Positions 36,399 through 45,812 of a DNA stretch of 64,000 nucleotides are shown here, in pieces. The stretch is taken from positions 960,001-1,024,000 of the forward strand of contig CAWIXE010000001.1 in the NCBI GenBank assembly GCA_963840035.1, given 5' to 3'. Numbering within the stretch: position 1 is the stretch's first letter; each line of letters starts with the position of its first letter. The position numbers were made by a program, and so were the translations under genes. The DNA is from a candidate division FCPU426 bacterium. Lineage in GTDB: Bacteria; Oederibacteriota; PGYV01; Palsa-1178. A model generated the notes under the pieces. The model was not told where the DNA came from, made no database searches, and saw only the letters and a list, made by a program, of their open reading frames with translations.

Positions 36399-39164
36399 AT
36401 GGACAAAAAAGACACATCCATACACCTTCCAAAGACCGGTTTTCCCATGAAAGGGAACTTAAACCAGCGCGAGCCGGAGATGTTTAAAAAGTGGGAAGAG
36501 GATAAGCTTTATGAGACTATGCTGGCAAAACGCGAAGGGGCGGAAAAGTACATACTTCACGACGGCCCGCCTTACGCCAACGGCAATATACACATGGGGC
36601 ATACTTTAAATAAAGTTTTGAAAGATATTATTGTCCGTTATAAAAACTTCAAGGGTTACTACGCGCCCTATGTGCCGGGATGGGACTGCCACGGCATGCC
36701 TATCGAGCATAAAGTCATGGAAAACCTCGGCTCAAAAGCCGCGTCAATGACAAAAGCTGAGATACGCCAGCAGTGCACGACTTACGCCATGAAATACGTA
36801 AAACTCCAGATGGAGCAGTTTAAGAGGCTTGGAATAATCGGCTCATGGGACAACCCGTACCTGACGCTGAATAAATCATATGAAGACAAGATGGTGGATA
36901 TATTCTGGGAAATGTACAAAAAGGGGATGATATACCGCGGCTTAAAGCCGGTTTACTGGTGCTACAAGTGCGAGACAGCCCTTGCCGAAGCTGAAGTGGA
37001 ATACCACGACCACTCCACGCCTTCGGTTTATGTCAAGTTCAGCATCAAAGACGACTCCGCGTCAAAGGCCAAGCCGGGCAATGACGCCAGCATAGTGATA
37101 TGGACCACCACGCCATGGACGCTTCCGGCAAATGTGGCGATAGCCGTGCACCCTGATTTTGTCTATGTCCTTTTTGAATCAGCGGGTGTGAAATACATAG
37201 TCGCAAAAGAACTTCTTAATTCATTTGCTGAAAAAGCCGGATTAAAGGATATAAAAGAAATCCGCACATTCAAAGGCGCTGACCTTGAGCTGATAAAGTG
37301 CAGCCATCCATTCCTGGAAAGGGATTCGCTGGTTATCACTGCTGATTACGTAACTTTAGAAACAGGTACGGGCTGCGTGCACATAGCGCCGGGCCACGGG
37401 CATGAGGACTATGTCTCAAGCTTAAGGTATAAACTGCCCATACTTAACCCTGTAGATAACAAGGGACGCTTCACGGACGAATTCGCGCCGATGAAAGGCG
37501 ACAATGTATTTGCGGCAAACCCAAAGGTTGTTGAACTGCTGCGCTCAAAAGGCGCGTTAATGGCAGAGGAAAAAATTAACCACTCATACCCGCACTGCTG
37601 GCGCTGCAAAAGCCCGATTATATTCCGCGCCACCAACCAGTGGTTCATATCCATGGAAAAGAACAACTTCAGGCAGCAGGCTGTGGAAGCGGTCAAGACC
37701 GTGAAATGGATGAATGACTGGGGCGAGTCCAGGATTACCAAGATGATAGAGGGCAGGCCTGACTGGTGCGTATCCAGGCAGAGGTCGTGGGGCGTACCCA
37801 TATTCGTATTTTCCTGCTCTGACTGCGGCGAGACCATAGTCACGAAGGAAACAATAGAAAAGATACATGAGCTCATAAGGAAAGACGGAAGCGACGGATG
37901 GTACACGCATACCGCGGCAGAGATATTAGGCGGCATAAAATGCCCCAAATGCGGCGGGTCAAAGATAGAAAAAGAAAACGACATATTTGACGTGTGGTTT
38001 GACTCAGGCGCGTCCTCGTTTTCCGTGCTGGAAAACTATAAGGAACTTGCCTGGCCCGCGGACCTTTACATAGAAGGTTCTGACCAATACAGGGGATGGT
38101 TTCAGTCATCGCTTTTAACCGCTGTCGGCGTAAACGGAAAGGCGCCTTTTAAGTCTGTCATCAGCCACGGCTGGATATTAGACGGACAGGGAAAAGCCAT
38201 GCACAAGTCGCTGGGTAATGTCATAGACCCGCTGAACTTAATTAAGAACGGAGGGGCTGACGTGCTGCGCCTGTGGGTGGCATCGGAAGATTTTAAGACT
38301 GACCAGCCTATTTCTGACGAGATAATGGCGCGCGTGACAGATTCCTACAGAAGGATTAGAAATACATTCAGGTTCATGCTCGGCGCTCTTGAGGATTTCA
38401 CCAAAAAAGACGAAGTGCCTTACGATAAGATGCTCAAGTTTGACCAGTACGCGCTGCATAAACTCGCGGAAATGGAAGAAACAATAGAGGCGTCGTATGA
38501 GTCGTTTGAATTTTACAAAGTATACAGGGAATACATCCAGTTCTGTTCCACTTTCCTGTCATCCTTTTATTTTGACGTTTTAAAGGACAAACTTTATACC
38601 TATAAAAATGATTCTTTGGGCAGGCGCAGCGGCCAGACTGTCGTGTATAAGATGGCGAAAAAGATGATAAAGCTGATAGCGCCGGTGCTGGCATATACCG
38701 CTGACGAGGCGTGGCAGTTTATGCCCGAAGGGTTAAAAGACGAAAAACACGTGCAGTGGGAGCTCTGGAACGAACCCAAAGAAACAAAGCTCTCAGGCGT
38801 GGACGCGGCTGACTGGGAAGTCATATCAAAGGTGCGCGACCTGGCTTTAAAAGAGATAGAAAAGAAGAGGGCCGCGGGAGAAATAAAGCACCCGTACGAG
38901 TCGGCAATAACAGTTAAGTATTCGTCAAAGTCACTTGACGGGATATTCAAAAAATACAAAAACGAGCTTGAGCCGGTGTTTATCGTCTCAAAGATAGTTT
39001 ACGCGCCGTATGACTTAAAGGACGGGGCCATAGAAGAGGGCTTAAGCATCGAAGCGGCAAAAGCCGAAGGCGTTAAGTGCTCCAGGTGCTGGAGATTTAC
39101 CGACGACGTGGGTAAACACGCGGAGTATCCGGAACTTTGCGGAAGGTGCGTTGAGAACTTATAA
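36399..39164 (+). CDS. ileS: Isoleucine--tRNA ligase (type 1)
   Basis: LHDGPPYANGNIHMGH, GWDCHG, WTTTPWTLP, EGSDQYRGWF, AMHKS, C-terminal CSRCW..CGRC zinc finger. Confidence 0.97.
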   Translation: MDKKDTSIHLPKTGFPMKGNLNQREPEMFKKWEEDKLYETMLAKREGAEKYILHDGPPYANGNIHMGHTLNKVLKDIIVRYKNFKGYYAPYVPGWDCHGMPIEHKVMENLGSKAASMTKAEIRQQCTTYAMKYVKLQMEQFKRLGIIGSWDNPYLTLNKSYEDKMVDIFWEMYKKGMIYRGLKPVYWCYKCETALAEAEVEYHDHSTPSVYVKFSIKDDSASKAKPGNDASIVIWTTTPWTLPANVAIAVHPDFVYVLFESAGVKYIVAKELLNSFAEKAGLKDIKEIRTFKGADLELIKCSHPFLERDSLVITADYVTLETGTGCVHIAPGHGHEDYVSSLRYKLPILNPVDNKGRFTDEFAPMKGDNVFAANPKVVELLRSKGALMAEEKINHSYPHCWRCKSPIIFRATNQWFISMEKNNFRQQAVEAVKTVKWMNDWGESRITKMIEGRPDWCVSRQRSWGVPIFVFSCSDCGETIVTKETIEKIHELIRKDGSDGWYTHTAAEILGGIKCPKCGGSKIEKENDIFDVWFDSGASSFSVLENYKELAWPADLYIEGSDQYRGWFQSSLLTAVGVNGKAPFKSVISHGWILDGQGKAMHKSLGNVIDPLNLIKNGGADVLRLWVASEDFKTDQPISDEIMARVTDSYRRIRNTFRFMLGALEDFTKKDEVPYDKMLKFDQYALHKLAEMEETIEASYESFEFYKVYREYIQFCSTFLSSFYFDVLKDKLYTYKNDSLGRRSGQTVVYKMAKKMIKLIAPVLAYTADEAWQFMPEGLKDEKHVQWELWNEPKETKLSGVDAADWEVISKVRDLALKEIEKKRAAGEIKHPYESAITVKYSSKSLDGIFKKYKNELEPVFIVSKIVYAPYDLKDGAIEEGLSIEAAKAEGVKCSRCWRFTDDVGKHAEYPELCGRCVENL

Positions 39165-39265
39165 AAACGTGGGAAGTGGCGAGTGGTATGTGATATGTGG
39201 CTGTTTTTTATCACGTAGCACTTAGCACATACCACTAAGCACGAATTTGTATTTAAAGAGGAATC

Positions 39266-39598
39266 ATGGCAAAGAAAAAACAGAAACACAAAAGCATCTA
39301 CGGCTCTGACCTTGCCCTCACGCAGAAACTTGCGGCTATTTTTGAGGCGCGGCATATTGAGGAATATATTGACATGAGAAAAAGGCCTTGGAAGCTCATT
39401 TATTTGAATTTCATTATCGGGCTTTCGCGCGGGTTTGGGTTTCTGCTCGGGGCAACCGTTGTGGGCGCGCTTTTAATAGCGTTTGCCAAAACAAGCCTCC
39501 ATCATCTCGGCGGTATGCCGTGGATAGGCGAGAAGATAGCGCAGGCTTACCTGTACGTAAGTGAAATAGTAAAAAATTCCGCCGCAGGAGGAAACTAG
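39266..39598 (+). CDS. DUF5665-like small membrane protein
   Basis: PWKLIYLNFIIGLSRGFGFLLGAT. Confidence 0.75.
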   Translation: MAKKKQKHKSIYGSDLALTQKLAAIFEARHIEEYIDMRKRPWKLIYLNFIIGLSRGFGFLLGATVVGALLIAFAKTSLHHLGGMPWIGEKIAQAYLYVSEIVKNSAAGGN

Positions 39599-40558
39599 AT
39601 GGCAGCAACGACCGCAGACCCTGTACTTGCAAGGAAAAAAGGGCTGATCTACATAAGGGCCATACTGACCCTGTGCCTTATCCTGCTGGCCGCTTATAAC
39701 GGCACCGGCGAGAACGTCAATGTGCCGCTTATCGGGGGATATCTACTCGTGCTTTTAGCCAGCAACATAGTCTTCATCCAGATGCCCAAGGAAAGCTATG
39801 AAGGTTTAAGGCTGCACTATATCATATTCATAACCGACATCATACTGCTGAGCCTTGGCACTTACTGGATGGCAAACCTTGATTTTCAGTTTTTCATCAC
39901 GATGTTTTTGACCATATTCATCTGCGCACTGAGCCGTTCCATAGGTTTTTCCCTGATTGTCGCGCTGGTGGTGAATATGGTTTACCTTTACATGAAATCA
40001 ATACAGCTCGGAGGCGTCAGTTTACTTTTGCAGGATAAGATACTTTTAAATATCCCCTTTCTTTTTATAGTTGCGCTTCATTCAAGCTACCTGGCAGAAA
40101 AGGCAAGCGAAGAGGAAGGCGACAGGAAGAGGCTGGAACGCTCCAAAAACAACCTGGTGGAACAGGTGAAAAGCAGGGATTGCGAGATGGAGGAGTTGTC
40201 CTCATTTAACATCCATGTATATGACAGTTTTAAGGAAGGCGTCATAGTCCTGGACAGCGCAGGCGTAATAAAAGTGTTTAACAGCCGCGCCGAATTAATT
40301 TTTAACACAAAAAGGGGCAAGGTAATTAACTATTTTTACCGCGAGGCAAGGATACTCGGGGAGGTAATAGACATCATGACGGAATTGAAAGCCAGGAAGA
40401 TGGCCGCGGTCGACAGGGAAGTATTTGCCATGATTGACGGCCAGAATAAAAAACTAATTGTAAATACCGCCGCCGTAAAAGGCGATGGGGACGTACCCGC
40501 CGGGATGCTATGCACCGTGCGGCATATAAATCAGGAAACAGGAAAGGAAAGCGCATAA
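39599..40558 (+). CDS. Multi-TM protein with coiled coil and PAS domain, no output domain
   Basis: About 6 TM, EGVIVLDSAGVIKVFNSRAELIF. Confidence 0.7.
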   Translation: MAATTADPVLARKKGLIYIRAILTLCLILLAAYNGTGENVNVPLIGGYLLVLLASNIVFIQMPKESYEGLRLHYIIFITDIILLSLGTYWMANLDFQFFITMFLTIFICALSRSIGFSLIVALVVNMVYLYMKSIQLGGVSLLLQDKILLNIPFLFIVALHSSYLAEKASEEEGDRKRLERSKNNLVEQVKSRDCEMEELSSFNIHVYDSFKEGVIVLDSAGVIKVFNSRAELIFNTKRGKVINYFYREARILGEVIDIMTELKARKMAAVDREVFAMIDGQNKKLIVNTAAVKGDGDVPAGMLCTVRHINQETGKESA

Positions 40559-41067
40559 TGCCACTGCTAATAATTTCAGCTGTTTCAATAGTGCTGCTTG
40601 ACCAGTATGTCAAATACATCGTAAAGACAAAGATGGCCATGTACCAGTCCATACCGGTCATAAAGGATTTTTTCCACATTACGTACATAGAAAACAGCGG
40701 CATATCATTCGGCATGCTCGGCCAGATAGACCACCCGGCCAAGAGGTGGATACTGCTCGGCATAGTACTGCTCGCCATTGTAATGATACTTGTTTACTGG
40801 ATAAAGTACGGCAAGGGAAAACCGGTGTACAGCCTTTCCTGCGGGCTTATAATCGGAGGCGCGCTCGGAAACTTTATCGACAGGCTTGTGACAGGCAGGA
40901 TAGTGGATTTTCTTGAGTTCGGCATAAAGAACAGCCGGTTCCCGGTATTTAACATCGCTGACTCGGCGGTGACCGTGGGAGTTACCATATTCATCATTTA
41001 CATGCTCTTCTCAAAAGAGGCAAAAGGGGATACACCGGATGCATCCGATACTGTTCAGCCTGGGTAG
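40558..41067 (+). CDS. lspA: Lipoprotein signal peptidase II
   Basis: LDQYVK, NSGISFG, GGALGNFIDR, VDF, PVFNIAD. Confidence 0.95.
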   Translation: MPLLIISAVSIVLLDQYVKYIVKTKMAMYQSIPVIKDFFHITYIENSGISFGMLGQIDHPAKRWILLGIVLLAIVMILVYWIKYGKGKPVYSLSCGLIIGGALGNFIDRLVTGRIVDFLEFGIKNSRFPVFNIADSAVTVGVTIFIIYMLFSKEAKGDTPDASDTVQPG

Positions 41068-41800
41068 TTTTAAAATAACGGTTTATGGTTTTATGACAGC
41101 CGTGGCTTTTTTAACCGGAATATATCTTTCCTCAATGGCCGCGAAAAAAAAGGGGATAGACCCAGATACCATACTGGATCTCGGGCTTGTCATAATAATC
41201 TCGGCTGTAATTGGCGCAAGGCTGCTGTATGTGATGGTTTGGTGGAACTATTATTCAAAGAACTTTGTTGACATATTCAAAGTATGGGAAGGCGGCCTGG
41301 TTTTCTATGGCGGCTTCATCGGCGCGCTTGGCGGATCCATATGGTGGATACTAAAAAAGAAACTGCCGTTTTTGAAGCTTGGGGACATATTCATGCCGTT
41401 TTTGGCCTTATCCCACGCCATAGGCAGGATAGGCTGCTACTATAACGCGTGCTGCTACGGAGCGGTAAACGACAAATGCGGAGTCATTTTCCCGGCGCTA
41501 AATGACAACCTAAGGCACCTGCCTACCCAACTGTATGAGTCAGTACTAAATTTTCTGAACTTTGTTGTGCTGATTATGTTTTTCAGCAACAAGAAAAGGA
41601 AGGAAGGCGATGTGTTCTTCCTTTACTTCCTTAACTATGGCATCATACGTTTTGTCATTGAGCTCTTCAGGGGCGACCCGGAACGCGGGGCGATACTGGG
41701 GATGTCGACATCGTCGTTTATCAGCTTGTTTCTGATTGTTACAGGCGTTGTGGGGATTGTATATTTGCGGGTTAAAAACAAAGGCGTGCAAAAGAACTGA
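41039..41800 (+). CDS. lgt: Prolipoprotein diacylglyceryl transferase
   Basis: MHPILF, GARLLYV, GGLVFYGG, GRIGC, PTQLYES, RFVIELFRGD. Confidence 0.95.
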   Translation: MHPILFSLGSFKITVYGFMTAVAFLTGIYLSSMAAKKKGIDPDTILDLGLVIIISAVIGARLLYVMVWWNYYSKNFVDIFKVWEGGLVFYGGFIGALGGSIWWILKKKLPFLKLGDIFMPFLALSHAIGRIGCYYNACCYGAVNDKCGVIFPALNDNLRHLPTQLYESVLNFLNFVVLIMFFSNKKRKEGDVFFLYFLNYGIIRFVIELFRGDPERGAILGMSTSSFISLFLIVTGVVGIVYLRVKNKGVQKN

Positions 41801-41930
41801 GGCGTGCGGTACGGCTTAAGGGACGTGCGGTAGAACTTAGGAACGTGCGAAAATCGCACGGCGGGCGCACGGTTTATCCCGCACGCATTACCTGGCACGT
41901 TCTATGTTAAACATGAAACAAAGAGGAATA

Positions 41931-42890
41931 ATGGAAAAGATAATTCTCACCGTTGAAATCACAGGCAAGCAGCGCATCGACGCTTACATGCGCGACCATA
42001 CAGACCTTTCCCGCGGGCAGGTGCAGAAGCTTGTCGAAGGCGCGAGGGTTTATGTTAATAAGAAAATAGCCAAAGCTTACAGCCAGCAGGTAAAAAATGG
42101 CGACATCATAGAGTTTGTTGAAGACATCCCCAAAGAAGCTGTGCCGGCACACAACGACATCCCTGTTGACATCATATACGAAGACAAAGATATCCTTGTC
42201 ATAAACAAACAGCCCGGGCTTGTGGTGCATCCGGCGCCGGGCCACAGCGACGGCACGCTTGTAAATGCCATCATAGAAAAGCACGTGGACGCGGAGGATT
42301 TTCAGGAAGGCACCAACAGGATGGGGGTTGTGCACAGGCTGGATAAGGATACCTCAGGCATCATGGTAATCGCAAGGCATGACAAAGCCATGATGAAGCT
42401 TGTAAAGATGTTCAAGGGCCGGGAACTTGAGAAGACCTATAAGACGCTTGTTCACGGCAGGATAGAAAAAGAGGGCAAGCTTGAAACTTACATAGACCGA
42501 GACACGCATGACAGGAAAAAATTCACCGCAAGACTGACCCATGGCAAAGAGGCACAGACGCTCTTTTTCCCCGAGGAAGTTTTCTACAACGCCACATTGC
42601 TGAAAGTAAAGATACTCACAGGCCGGACGCATCAGATAAGGGTGCACATGCAGTACTTAAAGCACCCGGTGGCAGGAGACGCGGTTTACGGGGATAAAAA
42701 CCTGGACATGCAGCTGACTTCGTACCTGGGCTATGACGAAAAATCAGCGGCGGACATCCTGCCGCGCCAGATGCTCCACGCGTACAACCTGAAATTCATT
42801 CACCCTATGACAGGGAAAAAATGCGATTTTACAGCGCCGCTGCCGGAGGACTTTGGAAGAGTATTGAAGATGCTACGGAAGAAGTTATAA
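41931..42890 (+). CDS. rluD: RluA family 23S rRNA pseudouridine synthase with S4 domain
   Basis: RIDAY, NKQPGLVVHP, VHRLDKDTSG, TGRTHQIRVH, RQMLHA. Confidence 0.9.
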   Translation: MEKIILTVEITGKQRIDAYMRDHTDLSRGQVQKLVEGARVYVNKKIAKAYSQQVKNGDIIEFVEDIPKEAVPAHNDIPVDIIYEDKDILVINKQPGLVVHPAPGHSDGTLVNAIIEKHVDAEDFQEGTNRMGVVHRLDKDTSGIMVIARHDKAMMKLVKMFKGRELEKTYKTLVHGRIEKEGKLETYIDRDTHDRKKFTARLTHGKEAQTLFFPEEVFYNATLLKVKILTGRTHQIRVHMQYLKHPVAGDAVYGDKNLDMQLTSYLGYDEKSAADILPRQMLHAYNLKFIHPMTGKKCDFTAPLPEDFGRVLKMLRKKL

Positions 42891-42915
42891 CGGATTTGAT
42901 GTTTTTGTTCTTTTA

Positions 42916-43003
42916 TCCCTCTCCCCTTGGGAGAGGGTAGGGTGAGGGGAATAGGACAATTGGTTTCACCTCACCCCAGCCCCTCTCCTAAGAGGAGAGG
43001 GGA
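42916..43003. repeat. Inverted pair of CCCTCTCC palindromic repeats
   Basis: tccctctccccttgggagagggtagggtgagggg ... cctcaccccagcccctctcctaagaggagagggga. Confidence 0.8.
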
Positions 43004-43026
43004 AAATACTGCTTAAAGGAATATAA

Positions 43027-44823
43027 ATGACCTTAGTTCAAATGTCACAATCCAGAACTCAAAAACTTATTGAAAAATACCTGAAGCTGTATTTGTATTT
43101 CCTTGTCTTATTCCTCCCCCTTGTTTTCATACAAAAATGCGAAGACGCTTATTACATGCCTAAGCTGATTCTTCTGACAGGCGGCATGCAGTTCCTGTCG
43201 GTTACGGTTTTTGGACCGGCAAGGAAAAGGTTCGACGCTCTGGACTGGTCTCTTCTCGCGTTCGCGGTGCTTTACGCCACAGGGTTGATAAAAGCGGGGG
43301 ATAAAATAACGGCTGTTATTTCTGTGGCCGAATGGTTCTGCTGCGCGGGTGTGTTTCTTTTTATCAGGCATTATTTGAGGCCTTCTGAAATAAAAAGGAC
43401 GGTCATCCTGATGCTTTTATCGGCGCTAATTGCCGGGATTTACGCTCTGCTTCAGTCTTTTAACTTCGACTTAAAAGGATGGGTTACTGATTTTTCCGGC
43501 AGGGCGTTTTCGTCCATGGGTAATCCCGACTTTTTGGGCGGATTTTTGATACTCGTCATCCCGCTTGCTTTTTATGACGGGGCGTTTAACCGGACAAAAT
43601 TCCTGGCGCCGCTTATATTCATATTCCTGTCAGCCGTATTGATCCTCAGCCAGACCAGGAGCTCGCTGGCGGCCTTTGGCGTATCCCTGATATTGCTGGC
43701 GTTCCTGGTGCCGGGTTATTTCAAAAGGCATTATAAATACCTGGCCGGCGGAGGCGTTATTTTAGCGGCGGTAATTGTATTAAGCGGGGTGCTCGGGCCG
43801 CTTATTACAAGGATAACTTCCTCTTTTGGGCCGCACGGAACGGACTTAAGCGGCAGATTTGGATTGTGGTTAGCAGGGCTTCATATGGTGTGGGATAATT
43901 TCTTTACCGGGGCAGGTATTAATTCCATTAACAGTATTTTTACCCTGTACAGGCAGGCTGGTGCGGGATACCTGGAAACAGACCATCTGCATAATGATTT
44001 TATTGAAATATTCGCGGCATCAGGGGTTTTGGCTTTCGGCGCTTTTGCCATATTTTTGTCATTGCTGGCAGCCGCATTAATGCGGAAAAACAGCGAACTC
44101 TCCAGAATAGGTTTTGTATGTTTTATAGCCATGATGATACAGGCGTTTTTTAATTTCCCGTTTTTCATACTGGATTCAAAACTATATTTCTTCGCGATTG
44201 CCGGGCTTAGCCTTGCAGGGGATCAGGGAAAAGAACGCGTGTCTGTCAGGGCTTTTGCGGCAGGCGCAGCGTTATTTTTTATCTCTGCCGCCGTCACCTG
44301 CGTATTCCTGGCGGCTTCCTGTTATCTGAATTACGCCATTAACTCCGCGAACACCCCGGCAGCCGGGCAATATTATGAATCAGCGCGTTTTTACCCCGGC
44401 GCAAAAAAATATTATTACACAGCAGGCATGAAACTTGAACAGGGACGCATGGCTGAGGCAATGGCGGATAACCAGATGTACCTTTTTGCGTTCCCGTACT
44501 CCAAACAGGGAAAGATACAGCAGGGCATTATTTCAGCCGAATCAGGCGATCCGGGAAAAGCCATAAAGGTATTTGATTCGTTCCTGAAGTATTACCCGGA
44601 AGACACGGATGTTTTAAACAACAAAGGCAGGGCGCTTTACATGAAAGGCGACAAAAAAGAGGCTATTGAGCTGTTCAAAGCTATTATTAAAAAGGACCCT
44701 TCAAACGCTGTTGCGCATAATAATTTATATGGTATATACTATATGAACGGGATGAAACAGGACGCTTTAAAAGAACAGGAACGGTGGGAAATAATAACTA
44801 CGGATTATCAGATTAGGATGTAG
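43027..44823 (+). CDS. O-antigen ligase family protein with TPR (paralog of 16198)
   Basis: FSSMGNPDFLGG, SQTRSS, HLHND, FFNFPF; TPR tail. Confidence 0.82.
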   Translation: MTLVQMSQSRTQKLIEKYLKLYLYFLVLFLPLVFIQKCEDAYYMPKLILLTGGMQFLSVTVFGPARKRFDALDWSLLAFAVLYATGLIKAGDKITAVISVAEWFCCAGVFLFIRHYLRPSEIKRTVILMLLSALIAGIYALLQSFNFDLKGWVTDFSGRAFSSMGNPDFLGGFLILVIPLAFYDGAFNRTKFLAPLIFIFLSAVLILSQTRSSLAAFGVSLILLAFLVPGYFKRHYKYLAGGGVILAAVIVLSGVLGPLITRITSSFGPHGTDLSGRFGLWLAGLHMVWDNFFTGAGINSINSIFTLYRQAGAGYLETDHLHNDFIEIFAASGVLAFGAFAIFLSLLAAALMRKNSELSRIGFVCFIAMMIQAFFNFPFFILDSKLYFFAIAGLSLAGDQGKERVSVRAFAAGAALFFISAAVTCVFLAASCYLNYAINSANTPAAGQYYESARFYPGAKKYYYTAGMKLEQGRMAEAMADNQMYLFAFPYSKQGKIQQGIISAESGDPGKAIKVFDSFLKYYPEDTDVLNNKGRALYMKGDKKEAIELFKAIIKKDPSNAVAHNNLYGIYYMNGMKQDALKEQERWEIITTDYQIRM

Positions 44824-44934
44824 AAAATGCAGTCTCAATGATCTCAATAGTCTCAGGGGTCTCAGTGGTCTAAAGCGGACTATTGAGATTTGTGGGACCA
44901 TTGAGATTATTGAGACCAGCCCTGGAGGAAACAC

Positions 44935-45462
44935 TTGCTTTCAAAGAAACTGCAGACCCTCGTCGTAGAGCTCGTCCACGGCGACATCACAGAAGCCACA
45001 ACAGACATCATAGTAAACGCTGCGAATAATTCCCTTTGGATGGGCGCGGGTGTGGCCGGCGCGTTAAAGATGAAAGGCGGGCCTGAGATAGAAAAAGAGG
45101 CCATAGCGCAGGGCCCCATCCCCATAGGTACCACAGCGGTCACAAAAGCAGGAAAATTAAAAGCCAGGTTTGTCATCCACGCCGCTGTCATGGGCGACGA
45201 CCTTAAGACAAATGCCAACTACATAGCCTTAGCCACCTGGAATTCTTTTGCCAGGGCAGAGCAGCTAAAAATGGATTCCATAGCCTTCCCGGCATTGGGA
45301 ACAGGAGTGGGAGCCTTCCCGATACCAACCTGCGCGGAGCTCATGCTGGAGATAACAAAAAAGATAGACGAGGCAGGGCCGAAGTATTTAAAACGGGTGG
45401 TGTTTGTACTTTATACGCAGAAAGCGTATGATGAGTTTTTAAAGATTTATAGAACTTTATGA
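44935..45462 (+). CDS. Macro domain protein (O-acetyl-ADP-ribose deacetylase-like)
   Basis: GDITE, IVNAAN, GAGVAGA, VIHAA, SIAFPALGTGVG. Confidence 0.9.
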   Translation: MLSKKLQTLVVELVHGDITEATTDIIVNAANNSLWMGAGVAGALKMKGGPEIEKEAIAQGPIPIGTTAVTKAGKLKARFVIHAAVMGDDLKTNANYIALATWNSFARAEQLKMDSIAFPALGTGVGAFPIPTCAELMLEITKKIDEAGPKYLKRVVFVLYTQKAYDEFLKIYRTL

Positions 45463-45522
45463 TTTTCAATTTTCTATTTTAAATTTTCAATTAAAAGCAC
45501 GGCGCGGATTGAAATAACATCC

Positions 45523-45593
45523 GTAGAGATGCCACCTGTGGGCATCTCGGTGCAGAATGTCAGCCTTGAGACGGGCACGGGTCCCGTCTCTAC
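45523..45593. repeat. Inverted GTAG-REP pair
   Basis: GTAGAGATGCCACCTGTGGGCATCTC ... GAGACGGGCACGGGTCCCGTCTCTAC. Confidence 0.75.
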
Positions 45594-45719
45594 GGTACAT
45601 GCGGCATGATTGCACCGCGTAATTTTATAAACGTAATGACGCGTTACATTTATGTAACACATGTTACATAAATGTAACAGGATAAAGAATAATGCTTCAT
45701 GAGTTGGTTTTTTTCCCGT

Positions 45720-45748
45720 TTGACTTATGAAAATCCTTGTTTTATAAT
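45720..45748 (+). promoter_or_regulatory. sigma70 promoter
   Basis: TTGACT-17-TATAAT. Confidence 0.75.
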
Positions 45749-45812
45749 GGTTTTATGGTTTTAATTGAAAATTAAAAATTTAGAATTGAAAATCATCCCT
45801 TCTGGAGGTTTT

